Below are positions 31,958 to 41,467 of a DNA stretch of 64,000 nt, piece by piece; within the stretch, counting starts at the first letter, position 1, and every line of letters starts with the position of its first letter. Source of the DNA: an uncultured Clostridia bacterium (lineage in GTDB: Bacteria > Bacillota > Clostridia > Christensenellales > UBA1242); assembly GCA_944383275.1 (NCBI GenBank), contig CALWOV010000003.1, forward strand, positions 29,827 through 93,826, in the 5' to 3' direction. A program made the translations under genes and the position numbers. The notes beneath the pieces were generated by a model, which was given only the letters and a program-made list of their open reading frames with translations, searched no databases and was not told the origin of the DNA.

Positions 31958-33529
31958 CTATATTTCGTCTTTAAAGGCATAGTTTAAAACCCCGTGTAAT
32001 CTTCTAAAATATGCATTTCTGCTTTCAAAAAAATATTGACCTTCTGTTACATATCTTTCCTTTGACACTTCTTTTGTATCTAAATTTAATTCTTTAGTGT
32101 AAATTCTTCCTACTCTTGAATAGTAAAATCTAACAATGTTATCAAACAGTGTTGCTGTTACATTTTTACCTGTTCCGATATAAAGTGCAGACTCGTAGGC
32201 AGGAGTTAAAAAGGAACTATTTGTTGGAGTGGTTATTGTGTTGTTATAACAAGGAAGAATATAGAATTTATCATTTTCCCCGTAAAACCCCGGAATACAA
32301 AAATAACCATATTTATTATCTTTAATATCAAAGACACTAAATGCACCATTAACTTCAGATAAACCTGTTGTTAAATACCCCCTGCTGGTTATCCTAGATG
32401 AGTTATCTGTTCCCATTGGAATGAACGACACTTTATCTTTGGTATCGTTTTTTATATGCGCAAACACAATACCCGCTATGTAATAACGATTTATATCATT
32501 GTCTGAGGTCTGTCCTATAGTTAAAGTTGTTCCATTCATTAAATAATCGTTGTAATTAAAGATTTCCACCCCAGTCCACCAATCCACTTTATAATCAGGG
32601 TCTATTGTTGATGTTTTAAACCAAAAACTTCCTAATCTTAAAAAATTGGTATTTGTTATAACCATTATTACAGGTCTTGAAAAATACTGTCCATTTGTAT
32701 CTTTTTCATAACTAGGAAAAATTTGAAAATGCTTTATTACAGTATTAGTTGGAATTAAAAAGAAACCTGATGCAGCTTTTAAATCTGTTTCATTAAGTTC
32801 TGTTTCTGTTTTGTTATTTTCGTCAACAAATCTATTTTCAGCATAACGAGGTCTATATTTCATAAGATAAACCCCATATCTATCTGATGGTATTTCTGTT
32901 AAATGTGTTGGCGATTTATATGCTGGGCAAACAAGTTCACCAAAGTTGTTTTCAAAGTTAAATGCTTCGTGTCCTATTAACTCGTAATGTAAATTTTCAA
33001 GCGAAAAACGAACATTTGTGTTATTTGAATCTTTTGTATAATGATAAGTTTTTAACTCTATTATTGATGGTGTAGAATTAGCAAAGAAATTATATTCAAA
33101 ACTATAAACATCAATGTTATCAGAAAAACTAAACGAATTTTCGTGAATTAATTTACTATCAAAATAAAACTCTACCTTCCCATCACCACTTTCACCAGAC
33201 ACATAACTTTTTATGTCATAAACCACTTTTAATCTTGCAACTGTTTCTTTTTTGACTTGTAGTTTTGCAACAAAATAAGTAGCATCGCTTGTAAGTCGTG
33301 CCTCAAAAAAATAGTTTGTAAACACTTGAACTATATCGTTATCTATTTTATTAAATATTTCAAAGTTTCGTTTATCACGCTTATCTAAAAAAATATTATT
33401 TTCTTGTAAAGAATTTATTTCTTTTTTTACTTTAATTATTTCATTATTATTAACTTCATTTACCTCTTCCATTTCATCTATAAGTTTTAACGCTTTATTT
33501 CCATCGGTATTTTTAAAATTATTTTGCAT
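31958..33529 (-). CDS. Phage-like structural protein (candidate tail, fibre or receptor-binding)
   Basis: 523 aa, beta-rich, aromatic/Asn-rich composition; position distal to the adaptor. Confidence 0.4.
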   Translation of the reverse strand: MQNNFKNTDGNKALKLIDEMEEVNEVNNNEIIKVKKEINSLQENNIFLDKRDKRNFEIFNKIDNDIVQVFTNYFFEARLTSDATYFVAKLQVKKETVARLKVVYDIKSYVSGESGDGKVEFYFDSKLIHENSFSFSDNIDVYSFEYNFFANSTPSIIELKTYHYTKDSNNTNVRFSLENLHYELIGHEAFNFENNFGELVCPAYKSPTHLTEIPSDRYGVYLMKYRPRYAENRFVDENNKTETELNETDLKAASGFFLIPTNTVIKHFQIFPSYEKDTNGQYFSRPVIMVITNTNFLRLGSFWFKTSTIDPDYKVDWWTGVEIFNYNDYLMNGTTLTIGQTSDNDINRYYIAGIVFAHIKNDTKDKVSFIPMGTDNSSRITSRGYLTTGLSEVNGAFSVFDIKDNKYGYFCIPGFYGENDKFYILPCYNNTITTPTNSSFLTPAYESALYIGTGKNVTATLFDNIVRFYYSRVGRIYTKELNLDTKEVSKERYVTEGQYFFESRNAYFRRLHGVLNYAFKDEI

Positions 33530-33532
33530 ATT

Positions 33533-35032
33533 TTAAACCAAATTTATTTCTAATTGAGGATTGGAAATATTGCAAGTATCATCTTCACTTATAAATGAAA
33601 TTGAAAAAAGTTTAGCCCTTAATGAAAGAGGTATTTTAATTGGTTTATTACTTCCCATTACCGAAAATTTATATTCTTTTTCTTCTTCTGTTTTAATAAT
33701 TACTGTTATATCACCTTTACTTAACAAGCATAAATTTCTTAAAACTTTGGTTTTATCTGGATAGCCCATATCTGTTTTTGGAGATGTCCATACCTTTTTA
33801 CTTACAGTGTCAAAAATTTTACCAGAATGTGTAAGTTCGCCTAATTTATTTTGATACTGCGTTTTAAAACACGCAACTAATTTACTTGTTTTGTCTATTT
33901 GAATAGGCCTTAGGGCGCAAATATCTACGCCACGCATAATTAAATATTCCCCAGAATTTATATCAAACTCTACTAATGCATTATTCTGATAGCCCTGTGT
34001 GGCTTCACAACCTATTTGCTGACCATCACCAAAATCTAGTTTACAAGCAAGGTAATATTTCCCATCTAAAAAACCACCAATTGCATTGCTGTTGTCAAAC
34101 TTTGTTATCATATCAACAAAGCCTGCATCAATTTTGCTAAAATTTATCCCATCAAATGAATATAGACCATCTCGACATAACATTAAAATTATATCTCCAC
34201 ATAAAATTGCAGATTTTTCATATATTCTTGAATTTGAAAGTGCTAAATGTTTTATTGTAAAATCGGTTTGTTCCCCATAACCTGACACTCTTGAAATACC
34301 AAATTCTCTTATAATGTAAAGATAATTTTTATAACTTATAACATTATTAAGCCCACCACGCTCGTCATTAATTTCTATGTAACCACCATCAAATTCGCTT
34401 ACATTCCAATTACACGGGTTTGTTTCATCAGAAAACCAAAGTTCATTTTTCATATTTCCAACTGTTGCAAAAAGCCTGTTTGCGTGAGTTGCCAAAGTGT
34501 TGATTTTGGGTGTGTCTGGATATGACACAGGGAAATTTTGCCCGTCCCACGCAGTTAGTTGGTCATTTTCGTTATTACTACAAAATACTATTCTGTTTCT
34601 GCCATCAATATACATATTTATGGCAACCGGTTCACTGTTAAAAGTTAGATTAAGCAATTCATAAAAATTGGTATCAGTTGTATACATTGGTGCCCAATAT
34701 AATTTCTTTTCACTAGTGTAAAAAACTAAAACAGGTTGAAATTCTTCATATGTTTTATTATAGTTATTAAAAAACCAAAAATTTTTTATTTCAGAAACCG
34801 TTGACGGAACTGACATTGTTTTTGTTACATCACCTACTGTTATTGTTAAGTCTTTAAAACCAAGACCATTTGTTAATGCACCAGAACTGAAATCATAGTT
34901 ATAAGTTTGCCTTGCTATGTTTAAAGGTAAAATATTTTGTTCCGTTTTAGTATCAACACCATTTAAAAAGTTTGAAAGTTTAACTTGCAAAACAGTATGT
35001 TCGTTTATAGGTAAAATATCACGATAAAACAC
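33533..35032 (-). CDS. Phage-like structural protein (candidate tail, nozzle or baseplate)
   Basis: The ORF is open to 35116, but AAGGAGGTG lies 8 nt before the GTG at 35032, which overlaps the upstream stop (TAGTG coupling); about 499 aa. Confidence 0.45.
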   Translation of the reverse strand: MFYRDILPINEHTVLQVKLSNFLNGVDTKTEQNILPLNIARQTYNYDFSSGALTNGLGFKDLTITVGDVTKTMSVPSTVSEIKNFWFFNNYNKTYEEFQPVLVFYTSEKKLYWAPMYTTDTNFYELLNLTFNSEPVAINMYIDGRNRIVFCSNNENDQLTAWDGQNFPVSYPDTPKINTLATHANRLFATVGNMKNELWFSDETNPCNWNVSEFDGGYIEINDERGGLNNVISYKNYLYIIREFGISRVSGYGEQTDFTIKHLALSNSRIYEKSAILCGDIILMLCRDGLYSFDGINFSKIDAGFVDMITKFDNSNAIGGFLDGKYYLACKLDFGDGQQIGCEATQGYQNNALVEFDINSGEYLIMRGVDICALRPIQIDKTSKLVACFKTQYQNKLGELTHSGKIFDTVSKKVWTSPKTDMGYPDKTKVLRNLCLLSKGDITVIIKTEEEKEYKFSVMGSNKPIKIPLSLRAKLFSISFISEDDTCNISNPQLEINLV

Positions 35033-35598
35033 TAGAACCACCTCCTTGGTGGCATTTTTACTCCACTTTTTTTGCGTTGTGCCACAAGCATACTTTGAGC
35101 AAACTTTGTGTCCCAAGCACTTGCATCAGAAAACAAACCTTTATAAAGGAAATATCTTGCAACAACGCCGTTAGCAAATGCATAGTCATCTATTTTATAA
35201 GACACATCTATTGTGTCTGTTAACTCTTCAATAAGCGCAGGAGCATAAGTGTATGTGATGATATAATTACCATTTGAACATTCAATAAAAGTTGGAAAAG
35301 TGTTATATTTTTGTTTTATTCCATTATTGTTTTTCACAGAAATTAGTTCTATTAAATTTTTTGATAAATCGGAAAAATTAAATTTATTATTAGAAATTGT
35401 TATATTTTCAGTTGTTTTCAATGGAATATACATAAAGGCTATTAAATGATTTACATCATTAATACAACTTATTATTTGATTTATTTGTGCTTGCTGGTCT
35501 TCTGTTGAAGTTGAAGTTCCACCAAGTTCTGTTATTTGCAAAAGGTTGTTTAAGTTTAAATGCTTGCACACTAGTTTTACTATATCTTTAACAATCAT
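35032..35598 (-). CDS. Candidate head-tail adaptor / connector protein
   Basis: 188 aa; lies after the capsid genes; N-terminus (IVKDIVKLVCKHLNL) resembles gp6-type connector starts; start at 35598 preceded by AAGGAGA. Confidence 0.4.
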   Translation of the reverse strand: MIVKDIVKLVCKHLNLNNLLQITELGGTSTSTEDQQAQINQIISCINDVNHLIAFMYIPLKTTENITISNNKFNFSDLSKNLIELISVKNNNGIKQKYNTFPTFIECSNGNYIITYTYAPALIEELTDTIDVSYKIDDYAFANGVVARYFLYKGLFSDASAWDTKFAQSMLVAQRKKSGVKMPPRRWF

Positions 35599-35609
35599 TT
35601 CTTCTCCTT

Positions 35610-35987
35610 TTAAACCCATCTATCTTTATAGGCATCATTAAAATTTACATCATTATTTTTCTTGTTTGCATAGTCATACATTTCTTTAAGTTTCCACCTT
35701 GCTTCATCATTTTGTACTCGTTTAATCTCTTGTTCTAGTTTTTCATTATGAATTTCCATTTCTTTTATTAATTTATCAGCATTTTCTCTTCTGGTTTTTC
35801 TAACATACGGAACCAGCCTTGCGTCAATTTTATTAAATGGAACAACCAAGCAAAAAGTTTGTTTTTGCCCTGAATTATGCACTTCATATCTTTGTTTATT
35901 TGTGTTATATACAATAAAATAGTTATTATCTATTGCTTTTAGTCTTGATAAAATATCAAAAACATCTGTTGTTATATTTACTAACAT
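35610..35987 (-). CDS. Hypothetical phage-like protein
   Basis: 125-aa ORF between the capsid and adaptor genes. Confidence 0.4.
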   Translation of the reverse strand: MLVNITTDVFDILSRLKAIDNNYFIVYNTNKQRYEVHNSGQKQTFCLVVPFNKIDARLVPYVRKTRRENADKLIKEMEIHNEKLEQEIKRVQNDEARWKLKEMYDYANKKNNDVNFNDAYKDRWV

Positions 35988-36002
35988 ATTACTTCCCTTT
36001 TA

Positions 36003-36031
36003 CAAATCAAGGGTGAGCAAAAGCCCACCCC
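36003..36031 (-). terminator. Terminator/attenuator-like hairpin after the capsid genes
   Basis: On the minus strand, GGGTGGGC-TTTT-GCTCACCC followed by TTGATTTGT, directly after the stop at 36040. Confidence 0.45.
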
Positions 36032-36039
36032 TGATAAAA

Positions 36040-37206
36040 TTAAGATGCAGTTATTGAAAGTTTGCCTTGTCCACCTGTTTTATCACAAATAAGTTCAGCA
36101 TATTTTACCAATGTTGCAGTGTGAATTGGGTATCCTTCTTTTTGTTTCAAAATTCTGCCGTTATCAGAACTTAACCATTCCCAATCACAAAGTTGATGAA
36201 TTTTAAAATCTTTACTGTTTAAAAAGTAAACTTCACCATCTTTAGCGAAACGGTCGGCAACAAAAGGAATACCATTGAATGATATGGTTTTATATCCACC
36301 CTCAAGATTTAAAATGTCAACATTTAATTTATTTGCTGAAAGTTTTTCTTGGTATAATCTTCTTGCATCAAGTGCACCCATTATGAAGTCTATTTCTGAA
36401 CCTTTTTGTTCAGACAATGTGTCTAGAACTTCCATAAAAGATGCTTCTGTAAAATTCGCTTTTGTAACAGATGCACTGTAAGGTTTTAAAAATGGATAAG
36501 TAGTAACCGAGTTACCATAAAGTGTTGCACCTTCAAAAATCGACTTTAAGCCTGTAATTTCTTTATCTTTACTTCCCTGCACATATAAAGATACAGTTTT
36601 TTGAGTGTTTGCCATATCTTCTGTTGCAGCATCACTTAAAGTTATTGTTTTTGTGCCGAAATCACAATTAAGAATTCTTGTTGTATGTGAATAAACGCCA
36701 TCTACATAAATATCAACCATCATTCCTATCATTAAATTTTTAATACTGTCAACTGTGAATGTATAAACATCTTTTGCTGAAGAATTTCCAGACGCTAAAA
36801 GCCCTGTTCCATCTCCGTAAAGCATTCTACTCATATTAAATTTGCTCGCTTCTATCATTCCTTCCATTTCGGCTGTAAGCAAATTTACAAAAGCACCAGC
36901 CTCTGACGAAGATGCACGCAAAGCCTTGTCTGAAAGTTCTATTGTTCCATAAAGGTTTTTTAGCGTAGAGGTTAGCAACAAGTAATTATTAAAGCCACTT
37001 AAAGGCAAAGCACCCACTTCTGTTCCTGCACCAATTCCACCATTAACACCATATGGAACTAATTTTTTTATCGCTTTTCCAACAACATCTTGGCTTGTTT
37101 TTTCAAGTTTTGACAAAAATGGGTGTGTTTTTGTGTTAAGTTGATTTGCTACAATACCAAGATACATAGTTTTAAGCGCTTCATTTGCTGTTTGTAATGT
37201 AACCAT
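36040..37206 (-). CDS. Major capsid protein paralog 2 (presumed HK97-fold)
   Basis: 388 aa, immediately after the scaffold and paralog 1. Shares N- and C-terminal blocks with paralog 1 (LKNLYGTIE, AGAFVNLLTAEMEG, SRMLYGDG, HQLCDWEW, LKQKEGY, TLVKYAEL). Confidence 0.65.
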   Translation of the reverse strand: MVTLQTANEALKTMYLGIVANQLNTKTHPFLSKLEKTSQDVVGKAIKKLVPYGVNGGIGAGTEVGALPLSGFNNYLLLTSTLKNLYGTIELSDKALRASSSEAGAFVNLLTAEMEGMIEASKFNMSRMLYGDGTGLLASGNSSAKDVYTFTVDSIKNLMIGMMVDIYVDGVYSHTTRILNCDFGTKTITLSDAATEDMANTQKTVSLYVQGSKDKEITGLKSIFEGATLYGNSVTTYPFLKPYSASVTKANFTEASFMEVLDTLSEQKGSEIDFIMGALDARRLYQEKLSANKLNVDILNLEGGYKTISFNGIPFVADRFAKDGEVYFLNSKDFKIHQLCDWEWLSSDNGRILKQKEGYPIHTATLVKYAELICDKTGGQGKLSITAS

Positions 37207-37224
37207 AAATTCCCCCTTTAAATT

Positions 37225-38403
37225 TTAAGATAAATTAGTAAGTTTAGCTTGTCCTGCTGGTTTTGAACACATAAGTTCGGCATATTTTACCAAGGTTGCA
37301 ATAAAACTTGCATAGCCTTCTTTTTGTTTTAAAACAGAACCATCTTCATTGCAAAGCCATTCCCAATCGCAAAGTTGATGCATTGCAAAATCATTTGTGT
37401 TTAATAGATACATTGTTCCAGATGGAATAAATTTATCACTTATCATAGGAATTCCATTGAAACTTAAAGTTCTATAGCCACCTTGTAAATTCAATGGTTC
37501 TAAGTTTGCTCGTTTTTCCATTAAAAGTGATGCGAATTTGCGTTTTAATGCACTTGTTGTTGCAATAAAGTTTATTTCATTGCCCGTGCGTTCAAGCACT
37601 GTATCTATTGCAGTTTGAATGTATATATCGTTAAATGTATCACTTGTGGTTTTAGATTTTGTATAAGCGTTTATCCAAGGATAAGATGTTCTATTTACAC
37701 CGTAAATTGAACCTGTAGTTTCGAATATTTTTTCGATACCTGTTAATTCTTGGTCTTTACTGTTTTGCATATAAACTTTGTAACTAGATGCCGATGTTGC
37801 AAATTCGGTTGTAACAACAGTTGATAAAGTTATTTTTTTACTTGCTCTATCAATGCTTGCAATTCGAACTCCACAAAAACCAGAAACTTTAGAAGTGCCA
37901 TTATAAAAATCGATAACCATACCTTCTAAAAGTTTGCTAACATCGTCAACTGTAATTTCATTTTTTGATACATTTGCAGAAGATACAGAGCAAAGACAAC
38001 CACTGCCATCACCATATAACATTCTGCTTAAATTAAACTTACTTGCTTCAAGCAAACCTTCCATTTCGGCTGTAAGCAAGTTTACAAAAGCACCAGCATC
38101 ATCTATTGATGCACGCATTGCTTTATCTGAAATCTCTATTGTTCCATAAAGATTTTTTAGTGTTGATGTAAACAACATATATTTATTTTCTGCACTTTTA
38201 GGTAGAATACCACCTTCATCACCAGCGCCAACACCACCATTAACACCATATGGCGCAAGTTTTTGAATTTCTCTGCCATAAACATCAGAAGTTGTTTGTT
38301 TTATCTGGTTATAAAGTGCATTTGTGTTTGTGTTTAACTGATTACTTACAACGCCAAGATATACATCTTTTAAAGCGTTTTCAGCAGTTTGCATTGTTAC
38401 CAT
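37225..38403 (-). CDS. Major capsid protein paralog 1 (presumed HK97-fold)
   Basis: 392 aa, directly downstream of the scaffold gene; size and position typical of an MCP; conserved blocks shared with paralog 2. Confidence 0.65.
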   Translation of the reverse strand: MVTMQTAENALKDVYLGVVSNQLNTNTNALYNQIKQTTSDVYGREIQKLAPYGVNGGVGAGDEGGILPKSAENKYMLFTSTLKNLYGTIEISDKAMRASIDDAGAFVNLLTAEMEGLLEASKFNLSRMLYGDGSGCLCSVSSANVSKNEITVDDVSKLLEGMVIDFYNGTSKVSGFCGVRIASIDRASKKITLSTVVTTEFATSASSYKVYMQNSKDQELTGIEKIFETTGSIYGVNRTSYPWINAYTKSKTTSDTFNDIYIQTAIDTVLERTGNEINFIATTSALKRKFASLLMEKRANLEPLNLQGGYRTLSFNGIPMISDKFIPSGTMYLLNTNDFAMHQLCDWEWLCNEDGSVLKQKEGYASFIATLVKYAELMCSKPAGQAKLTNLS

Positions 38404-38414
38404 ATATAAAACTC

Positions 38415-39137
38415 CTATTTACTAAAGATTTTTTTTGCCAGTTCTTTTGCTTCTTCAAGTGTAGTTGCTGATTTGATTTGATTTTCAAAATTAACTCCAT
38501 TATTTGAATTTATAAAAGTTGGCACATTAGGTTTTGTGCTGTTAACTTGTTTTAAATAATCTTTTATAACAGCATCACGAACTTTGTTGTTTTTTAACAC
38601 TTGATTAAAATTAGTTTCACTTTCCAAATAATTCTGGTTATTAACAAGTTGCTGTTCTAGAAATTTTAACCAAGCATTATGCAAGGGGTTTTGACTTTCT
38701 GCAATAACCTTATCTTGCAAAATTAGATTAGAGAGTTCTTTTGCATATTCTTTTGCGCGTGGATTTTCTTGCAAGAAATTTTCTACATAACCTTTCCATT
38801 CCTTTTTATCAAATAAATTATTTGTAGATGCCCCTTGCATTTCTTCTTGTTTTTGTAAACTAGACAAAAGTTGACTTTTGCGAGTGAACTCTTTTTCTAA
38901 ATTTTCATAAGCATTTTTTAAAGATTCAACATCTTTAAATTTTCCTAATGGAGAACCATCGGGTAATGGTTGCTCTCCTGTTTTTTCTTTTATATTGCTA
39001 TTATTTAGTGCATTTTCTATGTTTTTTAAAGAATTTTTATCTTGTTCTATGATATTTGGTTTTAAATTTATATTTTTAATATTTAAGTTATTTTCATTTT
39101 GTAAACTTAAATTTGGTGTATTTTCAACAATTTCCAT
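38415..39137 (-). CDS. Candidate scaffolding protein
   Basis: 240 aa, acidic, helical and low-complexity; lies between portal and capsid. Confidence 0.5.
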   Translation of the reverse strand: MEIVENTPNLSLQNENNLNIKNINLKPNIIEQDKNSLKNIENALNNSNIKEKTGEQPLPDGSPLGKFKDVESLKNAYENLEKEFTRKSQLLSSLQKQEEMQGASTNNLFDKKEWKGYVENFLQENPRAKEYAKELSNLILQDKVIAESQNPLHNAWLKFLEQQLVNNQNYLESETNFNQVLKNNKVRDAVIKDYLKQVNSTKPNVPTFINSNNGVNFENQIKSATTLEEAKELAKKIFSK

Positions 39138-39148
39138 AAAAAATTCTC

Positions 39149-41038
39149 CTAATTTTCAAAAACTTTATTTGCTTCTTGTTCTAGTTTTTTAAACTGTTTA
39201 TGTTCCCTTATATGTTTCAAAAGCATATCTTTTAATTCGGCATTTTCTTTACACGCTTTTTCGAAATCTCCACTTAACATAAAATTTATGTGTTCATTAA
39301 TATGTAAATCGTGATTATGAATTTCTAAAACTTCACATTCCTTTTTATTTAAAAACTCAATATTTTCGCGCTTTGCTTTCTGAATTTGTAAAGTGTTTTG
39401 GTCAAGAGCATCTTCCCACATTCCAAACCCAAGCATTTCCAATGTCTTGCTTCTTAATGAATTAGACATCTTTCCGTTCTCATCTAAAAGCAATCCGGAA
39501 TTTAAAAGTTCAAAAACCATATTTCTTTTTTGAGCCACAGTTTGACCAAGTTCAGATTCTGTTTCAAAAGCAATTTCATCTGACGATATATTTCCCCTGT
39601 CCCAATAAAAGAACTCGCTTGCACCGTTTTGCCCAACCACTCGCCCCATTCGATTAGTTGTTGCAAATTGTTTATATAATCTTAATATTTGTTGGGCAAC
39701 CATTTTTAAAGCAAAACAAATATATTCTCCACTTGCAGAAATTCTAGCCTCTTCTTGTTCAATTAAAATTTGCAATGCAACTCCACTCATACTACTTATA
39801 TTTGTTGAACCACCAAGCAAATCACTAACCCCACTTACAGTTATAAATTCACTTTCAAGTCTTTGCTCTTCTTCGGTAAAGTTTGCAGGAACAGAATCCG
39901 TTGCTAATATTTTAGGAGTATTTGAACCTTGTCTGTAAACCAAAACTTTTCCAGGACTTAACCCCTCTTCCTCCAACTCATCAATATCTATAGAGCCATC
40001 TTCTACGGTTAAAATTCCCATAGACAGCCGGTTAATAAATTCGTGTTTCCTATTTTTTATTGCGTTATAAGCGCGTTGAACAGGTATCATTCTTTCTATA
40101 ACACTTCCCCCCCAAAACAAAGATGGTTGTTCAATAGAAATTTGTCGCACAAAAGGAAAACCTCGTTCCCCATATTTTAAATTTTTATAAGGTAATTCAC
40201 CATCGAACACAAGTTTATCACCAGCAACAATAACCAATCTTCCATTTGGGAATTTTTTACTAGGTTCTTCATATCTTTCTATAACCATAGCAGAATCTTT
40301 TTGTTTAGTTTTTTGAAATTTTGAAATATATAATTGATTATCAACAAAGCCATCTGCCTGGACGCTTGACAAAGTGTAGATATCTAAATCTTCGCCTTCA
40401 AGTTTTATACCCCAAACTTTTTCTATTGTATCTACCGAAAAGGGTTTTGCGTGTATTATACTTTTACAATAATTTATATCTGCACTTCCGTTACTGTCTG
40501 GATATATTTCAAATGGAGAACAAACCATAACATCTACATCACCTTCATAGATTCGTTCACCATATGGCGTTATTCCAACAACAGAACCCGAACTGTTATT
40601 CCAAACTATTTTATAAAATGCCGTTCCACAAATTTCACTCCATCTAGTTGCTTGAGAAATTAATTTACTCATATCAAGTTTATTAGATATTGATTGCAAA
40701 ATATTTTTACTAACTTTTGCATTACTTAAATCATCTTCATCAGAACTTGCTGGAAGAACTGTCATGGTTGGTCTTACTTTTGCAAGTTTTGCAATTCTAC
40801 TTTCTAATATTGGTGCTATATGATTGTAAACTTGTTTTTCTTCCCAAAAATATTTTTTATCAATTTCGTTTTGTATTTGACTTTGTGTTACTTCACAATA
40901 CTGATTTCCTAAAACAAAATTTAAGTTTAATTGCCATTGTGTTTCAAAAGGTTTTCGTGCTTCATGCCTTTTTTTAAAATCATTCCAAACATCTTCAACT
41001 AACTCTTTTTCATAATCTTTTTTATTTGTGTTTTTCAT
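39149..41038 (-). CDS. Phage portal protein
   Basis: 629 aa; N-terminal pattern RKPFETQWQLNLNFVLGNQY is typical of portals; lies after the terminase. Confidence 0.8.
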   Translation of the reverse strand: MKNTNKKDYEKELVEDVWNDFKKRHEARKPFETQWQLNLNFVLGNQYCEVTQSQIQNEIDKKYFWEEKQVYNHIAPILESRIAKLAKVRPTMTVLPASSDEDDLSNAKVSKNILQSISNKLDMSKLISQATRWSEICGTAFYKIVWNNSSGSVVGITPYGERIYEGDVDVMVCSPFEIYPDSNGSADINYCKSIIHAKPFSVDTIEKVWGIKLEGEDLDIYTLSSVQADGFVDNQLYISKFQKTKQKDSAMVIERYEEPSKKFPNGRLVIVAGDKLVFDGELPYKNLKYGERGFPFVRQISIEQPSLFWGGSVIERMIPVQRAYNAIKNRKHEFINRLSMGILTVEDGSIDIDELEEEGLSPGKVLVYRQGSNTPKILATDSVPANFTEEEQRLESEFITVSGVSDLLGGSTNISSMSGVALQILIEQEEARISASGEYICFALKMVAQQILRLYKQFATTNRMGRVVGQNGASEFFYWDRGNISSDEIAFETESELGQTVAQKRNMVFELLNSGLLLDENGKMSNSLRSKTLEMLGFGMWEDALDQNTLQIQKAKRENIEFLNKKECEVLEIHNHDLHINEHINFMLSGDFEKACKENAELKDMLLKHIREHKQFKKLEQEANKVFEN

Positions 41039-41176
41039 ATTTATCTCCTTAAATTTTTTAATATTAAAACAGCAAAATATGCTGATTGTTTTTAATAAAT
41101 TGATTAAATTTTATTATTTTTAATGCTTTTTATTGTTTTATTATAAATTTTTATCTTTAATTATGATATTTGATAT

Positions 41177-41467
41177 TTACTTTAAAAGCTTTAAAAGTCG
41201 TTGTTTTTCGTTTTCCAATTCTTCATCTGTATAATTTTTATAATCTTTATTTTTATCCCAGAACAGTTCAAGCAATGCTCGTGCTGCTGGTATATCTGGT
41301 GGTATATGTTTTTTTGTAACTTTTCTTTTAGTTAATGTAAGATTATCCTCATCTGTTTTTGCATATTCTTCAACAATTTCATCAACCGAATATCCCATTG
41401 CTTTTTTTAATAATGCTTTAGTTAATTCTTTATTTTCTTTATCATCTTTCAACTTATCATTACTCAT
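41177..41467 (-). CDS. Small DNA-packaging accessory protein (possible small terminase-like)
   Basis: 96 aa, charged, with an HTH-like segment (KAMGYSVDEIVEEY) and an IPPDIPAARALLEL motif; overlaps the TerL stop; unusually downstream of TerL. Confidence 0.35.
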   Translation of the reverse strand: MSNDKLKDDKENKELTKALLKKAMGYSVDEIVEEYAKTDEDNLTLTKRKVTKKHIPPDIPAARALLELFWDKNKDYKNYTDEELENEKQRLLKLLK

